Positions 54,384 through 64,000 of a stretch of DNA of 64,000 nucleotides are shown one piece after another. Numbering within the stretch: the stretch's first letter is position 1; the number at the start of each line of letters is the position of its first letter. The position numbers were made by a program, and so were the translations under genes. This DNA comes from Candidatus Beckwithbacteria bacterium GW2011_GWC1_49_16 (lineage in GTDB: Bacteria > Patescibacteriota > Microgenomatia > UBA1400 > CG1-02-47-37). The notes under the pieces are model-generated. The model did no database searches and had not been told where the DNA came from. It saw only the letters and a list, made by a program, of their open reading frames with translations. The stretch is taken from the NCBI GenBank assembly GCA_001029675.1, contig CP011210.1, positions 841,280 through 905,279 of the forward strand, in the 5' to 3' direction.

Positions 54384-54941
54384 TTAACCTTCGCCGCCTT
54401 CGGCGGCTTTAGCGGCTTTACCCGGCTTCAATTTAACTTCCTCCCCCTGATAGCGGATGCCTTTACCCTTATAGACGTCGGGAGGCCGCAGCCGACGGAT
54501 CTTGGCGGCGGTTTCGCCCACCAGTTGTTTGTCGGCGCCGGAAACGGTGATGAGATTGTTGTCGTTGGCCTCAAGCTTGATGCCCTCTGGGGCGGGAAAA
54601 ATTATCGGGTGGGAGAAGCCGAGTTTTAGCTCTAAACCGTTGTCTTTGGCGGCGACCCGGTAGCCGGTGCCGAGAATCTGTAAAACCTTGCTGAAACCCG
54701 CGCTGACGCCTTTGACGGCGTTGGCGATTAGAGACCGGGTCAGACCATGCAGCTCCCTGGCCTGACGGGAGTTTTTAACCGGAGAGATAAAAAGCTGGTC
54801 ACCTTTTTGCTCGAGCTTTAATTCACGGGGGATTATCTGGGAAAGCTCACCGCTCCCCGACTTAACCGTGACCCGTCTGCCGTCGACGGTGACGGTAACT
54901 TGGTCAGGGATGGTGATGGGGGCTTTGCCGACTCTAGACAT
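54384..54941 (-). CDS. rplF: 50S ribosomal protein L6
   Basis: [20 protein letters not shown]. Confidence 0.97.
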   Translation of the reverse strand: MSRVGKAPITIPDQVTVTVDGRRVTVKSGSGELSQIIPRELKLEQKGDQLFISPVKNSRQARELHGLTRSLIANAVKGVSAGFSKVLQILGTGYRVAAKDNGLELKLGFSHPIIFPAPEGIKLEANDNNLITVSGADKQLVGETAAKIRRLRPPDVYKGKGIRYQGEEVKLKPGKAAKAAEGGEG

Positions 54942-54943
54942 AG

Positions 54944-55339
54944 TTAGTTTATCTTGCAAATTATCTCTCCGCCGAGTTTGGCTTTTTGGGCCTGGCGGGC
55001 GGTCATTAAGCCCCTGGAAGTGGAGATTAAGGTTGTCCCCCTCCCCAGTAAAAGCCGGGAGAGCCCCTGATATTTGACGTAGCGGCGGACGCCGGGCTTG
55101 GAGATGCGCTTTATGCCGGTTATGGCCGGGCGGCCTTTTTGATGCTTGAGGCCAACCTGGAGCATTTTTTCCTGGGGTTTTTTGCCGCTGACGCTAACGT
55201 CTTTTAAGTAAGCCTCTTTGACTAAAATCTTGACTAGGTCGTGCTTCAATTTGGAGTAAGGGACCACCACCTGATTGTGTTTGACGCGAGAGGCGTTTCT
55301 TAATCTGGTGAGTAAATCGGCAATCGGGTCTGATAGCAT
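54944..55339 (-). CDS. rpsH: 30S ribosomal protein S8
   Basis: DPIADLLTRLRN, SKPG, STSRG, GGE. Confidence 0.97.
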   Translation of the reverse strand: MLSDPIADLLTRLRNASRVKHNQVVVPYSKLKHDLVKILVKEAYLKDVSVSGKKPQEKMLQVGLKHQKGRPAITGIKRISKPGVRRYVKYQGLSRLLLGRGTTLISTSRGLMTARQAQKAKLGGEIICKIN

Positions 55340-55341
55340 AG

Positions 55342-55527
55342 TTACCAGCTGGCCTTGGTGACGCCGGGCAGATCACCCTTGTGGGCTAATTTTCTAAAAC
55401 AGAGGCGGCAAATGCCAAACTGCCTTAAGAAACCGCGGGGCCGGCCGCAAAGCTGACAGCGGTTTCTGGCTCTAGTCGAGAATTTTGGCTTTTTGGTTCT
55501 TCTGACAAAGTATTTGACTTTGGCCAT
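55342..55527 (-). CDS. rpsN: 30S ribosomal protein S14 (Zn-binding type)
   Basis: RCQLCGRP...ICRLCFR...KASW. Confidence 0.97.
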   Translation of the reverse strand: MAKVKYFVRRTKKPKFSTRARNRCQLCGRPRGFLRQFGICRLCFRKLAHKGDLPGVTKASW

Positions 55528-55530
55528 AAT

Positions 55531-56091
55531 TTAGGTTTTAGTATCTGATTCTGGTTTGGCAAAGGGCATGCCTAAAAGCTCAAGCAGACGGTGGGCCTGT
55601 TTGTTATCGTTGGTGTTGGTCACGATGGTGAGCTGTAAGCCCCGGATCTGGTCGATTGTATCATAATCGACTTCGGGGAAAACGATTTGTTCGGCCAACC
55701 CCAAGGAATAGTTGCCCCGGCCGTCAAAAGAGTTAAGGCTTACCCCCTGAAAGTCGCGCAATTGGGGCAGAACTAGGTGGACCAGTTTATCCAAAAAGGC
55801 ATACATCCGTTCACCTCTAAGGGTGGCCATGACGCCGATGGTGTCCCCTTTTCTAAGGTTAAAGCCGGCTTCGGCTTGGTGGGCCCGGGTGATCACCGCC
55901 TGTTGACCGGCGATTAAACTGACATACTTTTGGATCTTTTGGGCGACGCCCTTGTCGCCGGCCCCCTCTTTGATCCCTAAGTTGATGACTATTTTGGTCA
56001 CCCGGGGGACGGCCAGGTCGGCCGCGAAATTCCATTCCTTTTTGAGGGCGGGGACGATTTCGTCTTGGTATTTTTGTTTTAAACGATTCAT
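55531..56091 (-). CDS. rplE: 50S ribosomal protein L5
   Basis: KIVINLG, TLRG, RDFQG, FDGRGNY, FPE. Confidence 0.97.
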   Translation of the reverse strand: MNRLKQKYQDEIVPALKKEWNFAADLAVPRVTKIVINLGIKEGAGDKGVAQKIQKYVSLIAGQQAVITRAHQAEAGFNLRKGDTIGVMATLRGERMYAFLDKLVHLVLPQLRDFQGVSLNSFDGRGNYSLGLAEQIVFPEVDYDTIDQIRGLQLTIVTNTNDNKQAHRLLELLGMPFAKPESDTKT

Positions 56092-56408
56092 TTGGTTTTA
56101 CTGTCAACCGGTTTGCCGCATTTTTTACAGACTCTGACCTTTTTTTTACCCTCGCCCTGAAAGCCGACGCGGGTGGGCTGGTGGCACTGGGGGCAGATGA
56201 GTTTAACTTTGGCGACATTTAAGGGTTTTGAGATGTCGACGATGCCGCCGGGGCGGTTTTGACCCTGGGCTTTTTGGTGTTTTTTGACTTGGTTGACGCC
56301 GGCGACGATGACCGAGTTTATCCGCGGTAAAACCGCTTCGACTTTGCCGCTTCTACCGCGGTCGCGGCCTAAAACTACTTTGACGGTGTCGGCGGGTTTT
56401 AACTTCAT
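56088..56408 (-). CDS. rplX: 50S ribosomal protein L24
   Basis: VKVVLGRDRG, GVN, CPQC...TRVG. Confidence 0.95.
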   Translation of the reverse strand: MKLKPADTVKVVLGRDRGRSGKVEAVLPRINSVIVAGVNQVKKHQKAQGQNRPGGIVDISKPLNVAKVKLICPQCHQPTRVGFQGEGKKKVRVCKKCGKPVDSKTK

Positions 56409-56412
56409 ATAT

Positions 56413-56787
56413 TTAAAGCACCTCGGGGGCCAAGGAGGCAATTTTACTGTAACCGGCGGTTTTGACCTCGCGGGCGATGGGGCCGAAAATCCGAGTGCCG
56501 ACGGGGTCGCGGGTTTTGAGGCTGTCTAAAACCACGGCGGCGTTGTCGTCGAAGCGGATGTAGGAACCGTCGGGGCGGCCGAGCTCTTTTTTGGTGCGGA
56601 CGATGACGGCCTTGACCACTTGGCCTGATTTAATCTGACCGTGGGGGTCGGCGGCGATGACCGAGGCGGTGATAATGTCGGATAAATGGCCGAAGCGGCG
56701 CCTGGAACCGCCGTGGACCAGGATCACCCGGAGTTTTTTGGCTCCGGAATTGTCGGCCACTTTTAAGATACTTCTTAGTTGAATCAT
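56413..56787 (-). CDS. rplN: 50S ribosomal protein L14
   Basis: VADNSGA, IRFDDNA, GTRIFGP, SLAPEVL. Confidence 0.98.
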   Translation of the reverse strand: MIQLRSILKVADNSGAKKLRVILVHGGSRRRFGHLSDIITASVIAADPHGQIKSGQVVKAVIVRTKKELGRPDGSYIRFDDNAAVVLDSLKTRDPVGTRIFGPIAREVKTAGYSKIASLAPEVL

Positions 56788-57011
56788 AGTTTTTTAATCA
56801 CCTTCCATCTTTTCTTCTTACTGATGGGTGGGGTTTCTTCGATGACCACTTTGTCGCCGGGAGCAAGCTTTAAGTCATTGGCCGCCAAGTAATGCTTTTT
56901 GACGGTTAGAGTTTTTTGGTACAACGGGTGGGACCAGCGTCTGACCACCAAAACTTTGGCGGTAGCAACCATTTTGGTGTGGACGACGGTGCCGGTAATT
57001 TGTTTTTTCAT
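56784..57011 (-). CDS. rpsQ: 30S ribosomal protein S17
   Basis: GTVV...HPLYQK...PISKKKRW. Confidence 0.95.
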   Translation of the reverse strand: MKKQITGTVVHTKMVATAKVLVVRRWSHPLYQKTLTVKKHYLAANDLKLAPGDKVVIEETPPISKKKRWKVIKKL

Positions 57012-57199
57012 TTGGCCGAGATAATAGTTTTTAAAACGGCGATAAGGTGACGGGTGCGGGAAAGGCTTTTGACGTCTTTTAGCTTGGCGGTTGATAGGTC
57101 CAGCTTGAGCTTGGCAACGTCGGCTTGAGCCTGACTTAACCGCTTGGTTAATTCTGGCAGCTGTTGCTGGTGGAGGTCTTTTAAATCCTTTGACTTCAT
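57008..57199 (-). CDS. rpmC: 50S ribosomal protein L29
   Basis: Operon position; helical, RHLIAVLKT. Confidence 0.9.
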   Translation of the reverse strand: MKSKDLKDLHQQQLPELTKRLSQAQADVAKLKLDLSTAKLKDVKSLSRTRHLIAVLKTIISAK

Positions 57200-57200
57200 C

Positions 57201-57608
57201 TTAAATTTTGGTAATAATTTTGCTTCTTAATGATAGTTTTTGGGCGGCTTTGCGCAAGGCTTCCTGGGATAAGCCCTTCTCGACGCCGGCCAGCTCAAAA
57301 ATGATCCGGCCGGGCCTGACCACGGCGACATAGCCTTCGATGTCGCCTTTGCCGCTGCCCATTCTGACGCCGGCGCCTTTTTTGGTGTAGCTTTTGTCGG
57401 GAAAAATCCTGATCCAAAGCTTACCGGTTCTTTTGGTGGCGTGGGTGATGACTTTTCTGGCCGCTTCGATCTGACGGGCGGAAACCCAACCACGAGTCAG
57501 GGCCTTGAGGCCATATTCGCCAAAAGCCAAGGTGATACCGCGGCCAGCGTTGCCGCGCATTACGCCCCGGAAGTGCTTACGGTATTTTGATTTTTTAGGT
57601 TGTAGCAT
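57201..57608 (-). CDS. rplP: 50S ribosomal protein L16
   Basis: MLQPKK, QIEAAR, RMGSGKG. Confidence 0.97.
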   Translation of the reverse strand: MLQPKKSKYRKHFRGVMRGNAGRGITLAFGEYGLKALTRGWVSARQIEAARKVITHATKRTGKLWIRIFPDKSYTKKGAGVRMGSGKGDIEGYVAVVRPGRIIFELAGVEKGLSQEALRKAAQKLSLRSKIITKI

Positions 57609-57627
57609 AAACAAACAGAATTTCTAA

Positions 57628-58284
57628 TTATTTAAGGTCTTTTTCCCCTTTGTAGATCCAGACTTTGATGCCGACGTAGCCAAACTTGGTGAAGGCGGGT
57701 TTTTCAAAATAGTCGATATCGGCCCTGATGGTACTCAAGGGCACGCTGCCCTGGGAATATTTTTCGGTGCGGGAGATTTCGGCGCCGCCGATACGACCGG
57801 AGAGGACGATGCGCGCCCCTTTGGCGCCGGCGGAGATAACTTTCTCCAGGGCCTGGGAAACGGCGCGCCGATGCGGGTAGCGGCGAATCAGCTGGTCGGC
57901 GATTCTGTCACCCACCAGGCGGGCAGACAAATCGGGAGTTTTCATCTCGACCACGTTTAGTTCAAATTTGGGGCTTTTGCCTGATTTGGTGTCGAAGGCC
58001 AACTTTTGAGTGAGAAGCTTTTTTAGCTCCTCGAGTCCGGAGCCGCCTCGGCCGATGACTACGCCGGGGCGGGCGACCTCTAGGGTGATTTTGACGGTGT
58101 TGATGGAGCGGTCGATCTTGACTTGGGTGATGCCGGCCAACTTTAATTTATCAAAGAGGAATTTTCTAAGCTTGATATCCTCGAACATGAATTTTTGATA
58201 CTGTTTGCCCTCGGCAAACCAGTTGGACCGCCATGAATAAAGCGGGCCAAGACGAAAGCCAATGGGGTTAACTTTTTGACCCAT
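57628..58284 (-). CDS. rpsC: 30S ribosomal protein S3
   Basis: MGQKVNPIGFRLG, RPGVVIG, GRIGGAEI, GIKVWI. Confidence 0.97.
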   Translation of the reverse strand: MGQKVNPIGFRLGPLYSWRSNWFAEGKQYQKFMFEDIKLRKFLFDKLKLAGITQVKIDRSINTVKITLEVARPGVVIGRGGSGLEELKKLLTQKLAFDTKSGKSPKFELNVVEMKTPDLSARLVGDRIADQLIRRYPHRRAVSQALEKVISAGAKGARIVLSGRIGGAEISRTEKYSQGSVPLSTIRADIDYFEKPAFTKFGYVGIKVWIYKGEKDLK

Positions 58285-58666
58285 TTTTATTAGTTTTATT
58301 TGTTTTTCGTGCTTGGGATTTCGTGCTTTGATCATCTTTGGCCTCTAAGATGATCTTGATGTGCGAGGTTTTCTTCTGAATGGCGTGGCCGCGACCGCGG
58401 GCGGCGGCCCGCGACCTTTTGTAAGTGGGGCCCTGGTTGACCTGAAGCGAAGAGAAAGTCAACCCGTCGCGGTTTAGATTGTGGTTGTTGACGGCGTTGG
58501 CGATGGCTTGCTTTAAAACCTTGAGAATCACCTTGGCGCCGCGGTGGGGCAGGTGTTTGAGAAAAATAGTCGCCTCTTGGGGAGAACGACCCCTGACCGC
58601 GTCGGCGACGACCCGCAACTTTTGGGGGCTTTGATGCACAAATTTGGTTTCGGCTTTGATTAACAT
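58268..58666 (-). CDS. rplV: 50S ribosomal protein L22 with repeat-derived tail
   Basis: SPQKLR, AIANA, ARGRG, TSHI. Confidence 0.95.
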   Translation of the reverse strand: MLIKAETKFVHQSPQKLRVVADAVRGRSPQEATIFLKHLPHRGAKVILKVLKQAIANAVNNHNLNRDGLTFSSLQVNQGPTYKRSRAAARGRGHAIQKKTSHIKIILEAKDDQSTKSQARKTNKTNKNGSKS

Positions 58667-58667
58667 A

Positions 58668-58952
58668 TTAGGTTTTGGTGACGAGACGTTTGACCATCTT
58701 GCCGTGGCCTCTGAAACTTCTGGTGGGAGCAAACTCCCCCAGGTGGTGGCCGACCATGGCCTCGGTGATGTAGACCTCGATAAATTTTTTACCGTTGTGG
58801 ATCAAAAAGGTGTGGCCGACGAACTCGGGCGAAATTTGGCTGGATCGGATCCAGGTTTTGATCGGCTCTTTTTTGCCCGCAGTTTTCATCTTTTGAATTT
58901 TTTTGATTAGCCTGTCGTCGACGTAGGGGCCTTTTTTGCTGCTTCTGGCCAT
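58668..58952 (-). CDS. rpsS: 30S ribosomal protein S19
   Basis: [24 protein letters not shown]. Confidence 0.98.
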   Translation of the reverse strand: MARSSKKGPYVDDRLIKKIQKMKTAGKKEPIKTWIRSSQISPEFVGHTFLIHNGKKFIEVYITEAMVGHHLGEFAPTRSFRGHGKMVKRLVTKT

Positions 58953-58953
58953 A

Positions 58954-59778
58954 TTATTTCTTGCGCCTGTCTTTGATAATTGATTTGTTGGAGTATTTTC
59001 TCTGGCGGCGGGTCTTTTTGCCTAAAGTCTTTTTGCCCCAAGGGCTAACGGGAGAAGGGCGGCCGACGCCGCTTCTACCCTCGCCGCCGCCGTGAGGGTG
59101 GGAGTCGGGATGCTGGGCGGTGCCGCGAACCGTGGGGCGGATGCCCATATGGCGCTTGCGGCCGGCTTTGCCGAGTTTAATGTTTTTTTTGTCGATGTTG
59201 CCGATCTCGCCGACGGTGGCGTAACAGGCCAAAGAGACACTTCTGATCTCGCCTGACGGGAGTTTGATGGAGGCGGCTTTGTCTTTGGACTGCAAGACAG
59301 CGGCGGTGCCGGCCGAGCGAACCAGTTGGCCGCCTTTACCGGGAGTTAATTCGAGGTTATGGATGGTGGTGCCGACGGGAATGCTTTTTAGGGGTAAGGC
59401 GTTGCCGGCTCTTATCGGGGCCTTGACGGAAGCCAAGACGGTCTGGCCCGCCCTTAACCCCTTGGGGGCTAAAATATAGCGCTTGGCGCCGTCGGTGTAG
59501 AAAAGCAAAGCCAGGTGGGCGGAACGGTTGGGGTCGTATTCCAACCCCACGACCTGGGCGGGAATATCCCTTTTGTCTCTTTTAAAGTCTATTTCCCGAT
59601 AAAAGCGCTTGTGACGGCCGCCGCGGTGGCGGACGGTAACCCGACCGCTGGAGTTTCTGCCGGCGGTGTAGTTTAAACTCCGAGTCAGGCTCTTTTCCGG
59701 CCTTTTTAAAACCAAATGGGCGTAGCTGACGTCCCGGCGGTGACGCCGGCCGGGAGTGGTGGCTTTGTAGGTTTTCAT
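58954..59778 (-). CDS. rplB: 50S ribosomal protein L2
   Basis: [22 protein letters not shown]. Confidence 0.98.
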   Translation of the reverse strand: MKTYKATTPGRRHRRDVSYAHLVLKRPEKSLTRSLNYTAGRNSSGRVTVRHRGGRHKRFYREIDFKRDKRDIPAQVVGLEYDPNRSAHLALLFYTDGAKRYILAPKGLRAGQTVLASVKAPIRAGNALPLKSIPVGTTIHNLELTPGKGGQLVRSAGTAAVLQSKDKAASIKLPSGEIRSVSLACYATVGEIGNIDKKNIKLGKAGRKRHMGIRPTVRGTAQHPDSHPHGGGEGRSGVGRPSPVSPWGKKTLGKKTRRQRKYSNKSIIKDRRKK

Positions 59779-60110
59779 TTTTTCTTGGCTTTTCCCGGCT
59801 TTGCCGAGGATCCACGGCCTTTGGGCCGGGATTCTTCCGGTAATTGAAAGTAGTCGATTGTATCACCTGGCTTTAAAGTGACAAGGGCCTTTTTTTGGGG
59901 CGAGGTATAGATGCGGCGGCGAAGCTTTAAAGTATGCTTGGGCTTGGCGGCGGTTTTTGCCGTCTTGACCGCCAAAACCGTAACCTGAAACTGGTCCTGA
60001 ATCGCCTTTTTGACGGCCGCCTTGGAGGCAGAAGCCAAAACCTCAAAAGTAAACTGATGGCTTTGGGAAAGCTTGAGGCTTTTTTCGGTGACGATTGGTT
60101 TAACCAGCAT
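59775..60110 (-). CDS. rplW: 50S ribosomal protein L23 with hairpin-encoded tail
   Basis: PIVTEKS, KKALVTL. Confidence 0.95.
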   Translation of the reverse strand: MLVKPIVTEKSLKLSQSHQFTFEVLASASKAAVKKAIQDQFQVTVLAVKTAKTAAKPKHTLKLRRRIYTSPQKKALVTLKPGDTIDYFQLPEESRPKGRGSSAKPGKAKKK

Positions 60111-60735
60111 AGTGGTCTGTTAAGCTTTTTAAGGATTTTTCGGTGAAAATGAGCTGGTGGCTTGAGAGCGCCTGGTAGGTGGTGAGTTTGTCGGCGGAAG
60201 TGACGCTAAGCCGGGGTAAGTTTTTGGTGGCGGTAACGATGTTGGCGGGGGGCTTGGGGGCTAAAATCAGGGTGGCGTTTTTGGCTTTGGGGGCGAGTTT
60301 TTGAATAATTTGGGCAAAGATTTTGGTCTTTGGTTTTTGGGTGTCAAGGCCGGAGACGGCGATAACCTCTTGGTCTTTTAATTTTTGAGTTAAGGCGGAA
60401 AAGAGGCTTAAGCGTTTCATTTTGCGGGTCAGCTTGAGGTTAAAGTTTTGCTGGCCGGTGGGGCCGTGGGCCTTGGCGCCGCCGACAAAAATGGGGGCAT
60501 TACGGCTCCCGTGGCGGGCGCGGCCGGTGCCTTTTTGGCGCCAGATTTTGGCTTTGGTGACCTTAACTTCGCCGCGAGACTTGGTGCGGGCGGAAGCCTG
60601 GCGCTGATTAGATAAATAAACCCTCACCGCCTGATTGACAAGACTGGGGTTGACCTTGGCGCCAAAGATTTTGCCCGAAACTTTCAGGCTTTTTACTTTT
60701 TTACCGCTGGTGTTAACGAGGGGAATTTGGGCCAT
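60100..60735 (-). CDS. rplD: 50S ribosomal protein L4
   Basis: [20 protein letters not shown]. Confidence 0.97.
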   Translation of the reverse strand: MAQIPLVNTSGKKVKSLKVSGKIFGAKVNPSLVNQAVRVYLSNQRQASARTKSRGEVKVTKAKIWRQKGTGRARHGSRNAPIFVGGAKAHGPTGQQNFNLKLTRKMKRLSLFSALTQKLKDQEVIAVSGLDTQKPKTKIFAQIIQKLAPKAKNATLILAPKPPANIVTATKNLPRLSVTSADKLTTYQALSSHQLIFTEKSLKSLTDHYAG

Positions 60736-60738
60736 AGA

Positions 60739-61338
60739 TCAAATTTTGGTTAGTTTTAAAAGGCCTTTTCTGAAGCCGGGGACGGTGCCCGTGAGTGTCA
60801 AGAGGTTATCAGCTTCGGAAACAGAGACGACTTGGCAGTTTTTGACGGTGACGGTGGCGGCGCCGTAGTGGCCGGCCATTTTTTTGCCCTTCCAGACCCG
60901 GCCGGGGTCGGTGCGCATGCCGATGGAGCCGGGGGCACGGGCGCGGTCGGACTGGCCGTGGGTCTTGGGGCCGCCGGCAAAGCCATGGCGCTTCATCACC
61001 CCGGCAAAGCCGCGGCCTAAACTTATCCCGGTGACCTTGACTTTGTCCTGGGGCTTTAAAACGGCGTCGACGGGAACGAGGTCCCCTGGCTTTAATTCAG
61101 GCTCTGACTCGAGCTTGATCTCCCTTAAAAAACGGGGGCCTTTAGCTTTTTTGGCCCCCCTTTTGACTGACTTTTGACCGATGCCGACTTTAAGACCCCA
61201 ATAGCCGTCGCGGTCGAGGGTCTTGACCTGGGTGACCACCAGGGGCTCGACTTTGACGACGCTGACCACCTGGCGGCGGCCCTTGGCGTCAAAGGCTTGA
61301 GTAGTGGTGAACTTGGTGCCGTAAAATGAATTAATCAT
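60739..61338 (-). CDS. rplC: 50S ribosomal protein L3
   Basis: GRGFAGVMKRHGF, PGSIG, GKKMAGHYG. Confidence 0.97.
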   Translation of the reverse strand: MINSFYGTKFTTTQAFDAKGRRQVVSVVKVEPLVVTQVKTLDRDGYWGLKVGIGQKSVKRGAKKAKGPRFLREIKLESEPELKPGDLVPVDAVLKPQDKVKVTGISLGRGFAGVMKRHGFAGGPKTHGQSDRARAPGSIGMRTDPGRVWKGKKMAGHYGAATVTVKNCQVVSVSEADNLLTLTGTVPGFRKGLLKLTKI

Positions 61339-61371
61339 AATCATCAGGGGATCTCTCGTTGACTCTCGAGA

Positions 61372-61680
61372 TTACATACGTATTTCAATACCGACGCCGG
61401 CGGGAAGCTCCAGGTGCATTAAAGAGTCGATGGTTTTGTCGGTGGCGTCGATGATGTCGACCAGGCGCTTGTGGGTCAAAACCTCGAAGTGTTCCCGGGC
61501 GTCTTTGTCGACGTGGGGGCTGGTGGTGACGGTGAGTAGCTTTCTTTTGGTGGGCAAGGGTACCGGGCCCACGATCTTGGCTCCCGTCGACAGGGCAGTG
61601 TCCAGGATTTTTTGGCAGCATTCGTCGATGATGCGATGATCATACGACTTAAGCTTAATTCTAATTCTGCCTTTTGGCAT
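61372..61680 (-). CDS. rpsJ: 30S ribosomal protein S10
   Basis: [24 protein letters not shown]. Confidence 0.98.
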   Translation of the reverse strand: MPKGRIRIKLKSYDHRIIDECCQKILDTALSTGAKIVGPVPLPTKRKLLTVTTSPHVDKDAREHFEVLTHKRLVDIIDATDKTIDSLMHLELPAGVGIEIRM

Positions 61681-61695
61681 AATCTTTGGTCACAA

Positions 61696-61726
61696 GATAA
61701 GAAGAGCCCGAAGGCTCTGTCTTATC
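61696..61726 (-). promoter_or_regulatory. Stem-loop with C(UUCG)G tetraloop between tuf and rpsJ
   Basis: GATAAGA-C-AGAGCC-TTCG-GGCTCT-TCTTATC. Confidence 0.65.
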
Positions 61727-61745
61727 CAATGGACGAAATTGGTAG

Positions 61746-62924
61746 TTAAGCCAGAATCTTGGTGATGACCCCGGCGCCAACGGTCAAGCCACCCTCGCGG
61801 ATAGCAAACCGGAGGTTTTCCTCCAGGGCTACCGGTTGGATGAGTTTGGCCGTCATCTTGGCGCTGTCGCCGGGCATGACCATCTCAACTCCTTTGGGGA
61901 GAGTGACTTCCCCGGTGACATCAGTAGTCCTGATGTAGAATTGAGGTTTGTAGCCGGTAAAGAAAGGCGTATGGCGGCCACCCTCTTCTTTACTTAAGAT
62001 GTAAATCTCGGCCTCAAACCCGGTGTGAGCCTTGGCGCTGCCGGGCTTGGCCAATACCTGGCCGCGCTCGACTTCGTCTTTCTCGACGCCGCGCAGAAGC
62101 ACACCGACGTTGTCGCCGGCTTGGCCTTCGTCGAGTTGTTTTCGGAACATCTCGACGCCGGTGACGGTGGTCTTTTTGGCGTCTTTGAGGCCGACGATCT
62201 CGATTTCTTCGCCGACTTTGACGACGCCTCTTTCAATCCGGCCGGTAACGACCGTGCCGCGACCTTTGATGGAAAAGACGTCCTCGACGGGCATCAAGAA
62301 CGGCTGATCCAGAGGGCGCTTGGGCTCGGGAATGTACTCGTCCAGAGCTTTCATCAGCTCCTCGATGGATTTTTGGGCTTCTTTGTCGCCCTCGAGGCAC
62401 TTTAAGGCAGAGCCCCGAATGATGGGGATGTCTTTGCCAGGGAACTCGTATTTGGTCAGAAGTTCCCTGATTTCCTCCTCGACCAAGTCGACCATTTCTT
62501 TGTCTTCGACGGCGTCGACTTTGTTTAAAAAGACGACGACGGCCGGGACGTTTACCTGGCGAGCTAAAAGTATGTGCTCCCGGGTTTGGGGCATGGGGCC
62601 ATCGGTGGCGGCGACCACCAGGATGGCACCGTCCATCTGGGCGGCTCCGGTAATCATGTTTTTGATGTAGTCACGGTGCCCGGGGCAGTCGATGTGGGCA
62701 TAGTGACGCTTGTCGGTCTCGTACTCGAGGTGGGTAATCGAAATGGTGATACCCCGCTCCTTTTCCTCGGGCGCCTTATCGATGTCTTCAAATTTCAAGG
62801 CGGTAGCCTGATTTTTACCGGCCAAATACTGGGTAATGGCCGCTGATAGAGTGGTCTTGCCGTGGTCGACGTGACCGATGGTGCCGACGTTGATGTGCGG
62901 CTTGGTGCGTTGATAGACTGCCAT
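61746..62924 (-). CDS. tuf: Elongation factor Tu
   Basis: [18 protein letters not shown]; strong SD AAGGAGG. Confidence 0.99.
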   Translation of the reverse strand: MAVYQRTKPHINVGTIGHVDHGKTTLSAAITQYLAGKNQATALKFEDIDKAPEEKERGITISITHLEYETDKRHYAHIDCPGHRDYIKNMITGAAQMDGAILVVAATDGPMPQTREHILLARQVNVPAVVVFLNKVDAVEDKEMVDLVEEEIRELLTKYEFPGKDIPIIRGSALKCLEGDKEAQKSIEELMKALDEYIPEPKRPLDQPFLMPVEDVFSIKGRGTVVTGRIERGVVKVGEEIEIVGLKDAKKTTVTGVEMFRKQLDEGQAGDNVGVLLRGVEKDEVERGQVLAKPGSAKAHTGFEAEIYILSKEEGGRHTPFFTGYKPQFYIRTTDVTGEVTLPKGVEMVMPGDSAKMTAKLIQPVALEENLRFAIREGGLTVGAGVITKILA

Positions 62925-62977
62925 GATTCCTCCTTATTTTTTGGTAACTTGTTATTTTACCTTATTGTAATATGTTT

Positions 62978-64000
62978 TCAAGTTTTTTGCTCGGTTGGTT
63001 TTGCGGCATCCGGTTTTTGCTTTTGGATGATGCCCTGGGCGATGTTGTCGGGCACCACCTCGTAGTGGGACGGCTCCATGTAAAAACTGGCCCGGCCTTG
63101 AGTCATGGAGCGCAAAATGGTGGCGTACTGGGACATTTCTGCCAGGGGTACCAGGGCGGTGATCAAGAGGACCTGGCCGCGTTTTTTGGTACCTAAGACC
63201 TGGCCGCGTTTTGAAGAAAGGTCGCCGATAACCTCGCCCATAAACTGCTCGGGAGTGCTAACTTCTATCTTCATGATCGGCTCAAGCAGCACCGGGCTTG
63301 CTTGTTTGATGGCGGCCTGCAGGGCGATGGAGCCGGCGATTTTGAAGGCGACCTCACTACTGTCGACGTCGTGGAAGGTGCCGTCGTAGACGGCGGCTTT
63401 GACGTCTACCAGGGGAAAGCCGGCGATGACGCCGTTGGCCATGGCCTCTTTGACGCCCTTTTCGACGGCGGGGATAAACTCCCTGGGGATGGCGCCGCCG
63501 GTGACTTCGGAGACAAACTCGTAGCCCTCGCCGCGGTCTTTGGGTTCGACCCTAATGAAACAGTGGCCGTACTGGCCGCGGCCGCCCGACTGGCGGATGT
63601 ATTTACCTTCGGCCTCGGCGGTGGCAGTAATGGTTTCTTTGTAGGCGACCTGGGGCCGGCCGGTGTTGGCTTCGACCTTAAACTCGCGCTTCATCCGGTC
63701 GACTAAAATCTCCAAATGAAGCTCCCCCATGCCGGAGATGATGGTTTGGCCGGTTTCGGGGTCGGACTTGATGGTGAAGGTGGGGTCTTCGTCGGCCAGC
63801 CTATTTAGAGCCAGGCCCATTTTTTCCTGGTCGGCCTTGGTTTTGGGCTCGATAGCCAAGGAGATGACCGGCTCGGTAAAAGAAATCCCCTCGAGAATAA
63901 TGGGATTTTGCTCGTCGCAGAGGGTGTCGCCGGTGGTGGTGTCTTTGAGACCGACGACGGCGACGATTTCACCGGCGTAAGCCTGACTGATCTCTTCCCG
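62978..64000 (-). CDS. fusA: Elongation factor G (5' part outside window)
   Basis: [30 protein letters not shown]. Confidence 0.98.
   Translation of the reverse strand, partial: REEISQAYAGEIVAVVGLKDTTTGDTLCDEQNPIILEGISFTEPVISLAIEPKTKADQEKMGLALNRLADEDPTFTIKSDPETGQTIISGMGELHLEILVDRMKREFKVEANTGRPQVAYKETITATAEAEGKYIRQSGGRGQYGHCFIRVEPKDRGEGYEFVSEVTGGAIPREFIPAVEKGVKEAMANGVIAGFPLVDVKAAVYDGTFHDVDSSEVAFKIAGSIALQAAIKQASPVLLEPIMKIEVSTPEQFMGEVIGDLSSKRGQVLGTKKRGQVLLITALVPLAEMSQYATILRSMTQGRASFYMEPSHYEVVPDNIAQGIIQKQKPDAAKPTEQKT

Noticed and set aside
58285-58335. N-terminal extension of S3 (MIKARNPK...) and other long upstream starts in the ORF track
   Set aside because: Conserved starts or -10/ATG spacing support downstream ATGs for rpsC, rplV, rplX, rplF, def, lexA and msrA.
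737-63980. Many short antisense or alternative-frame ORFs in the track
   Set aside because: They lie within well-supported genes and have no motifs; shadow ORFs of GC-rich codon usage.

Overview
This 64-kb window most likely comes from a CPR/Patescibacteria (Microgenomates-like) chromosome. That assignment is inferred from the missing rpmD, tight gene packing, few Shine-Dalgarno sites and gene content. The right third (45.9-64 kb, minus strand) is the fusA-tuf-S10-spc-alpha-rplM-rpsI superoperon. The left end holds a 4-permease ABC-2 exporter, HU, rny, recX-recA and tRNA-Pro(GGG). The middle (9.8-45.8 kb) is a mosaic of stress/repair genes, two toxin-antitoxin pairs, many orphans and a defence island: DUF3800 with a convergent small RNA, VRR-NUC, and lexA followed by an R-M fusion, an OLD nuclease, an S subunit and a DpnI-like nuclease. 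Main unexplained structure: (1) at least six accessory gene blocks are bracketed by short diverged direct repeats, either copies of the neighbouring gene's terminus or promoter or a REP-like palindrome, suggesting integrase-free cassette stacking; (2) about 25 genes carry a -10 box 6-8 nt before the ATG (leaderless), which would make each cassette self-expressing; (3) a promoter-hairpin-U-tract small RNA faces the DUF3800 gene; (4) an OLD nuclease is wedged inside a LexA-led R-M operon; (5) palindromic elements are translated in-frame in ribosomal protein tails; (6) a 4xCBS-HPF-like fusion protein. All family calls come from reading motifs by eye; no database searches were run.
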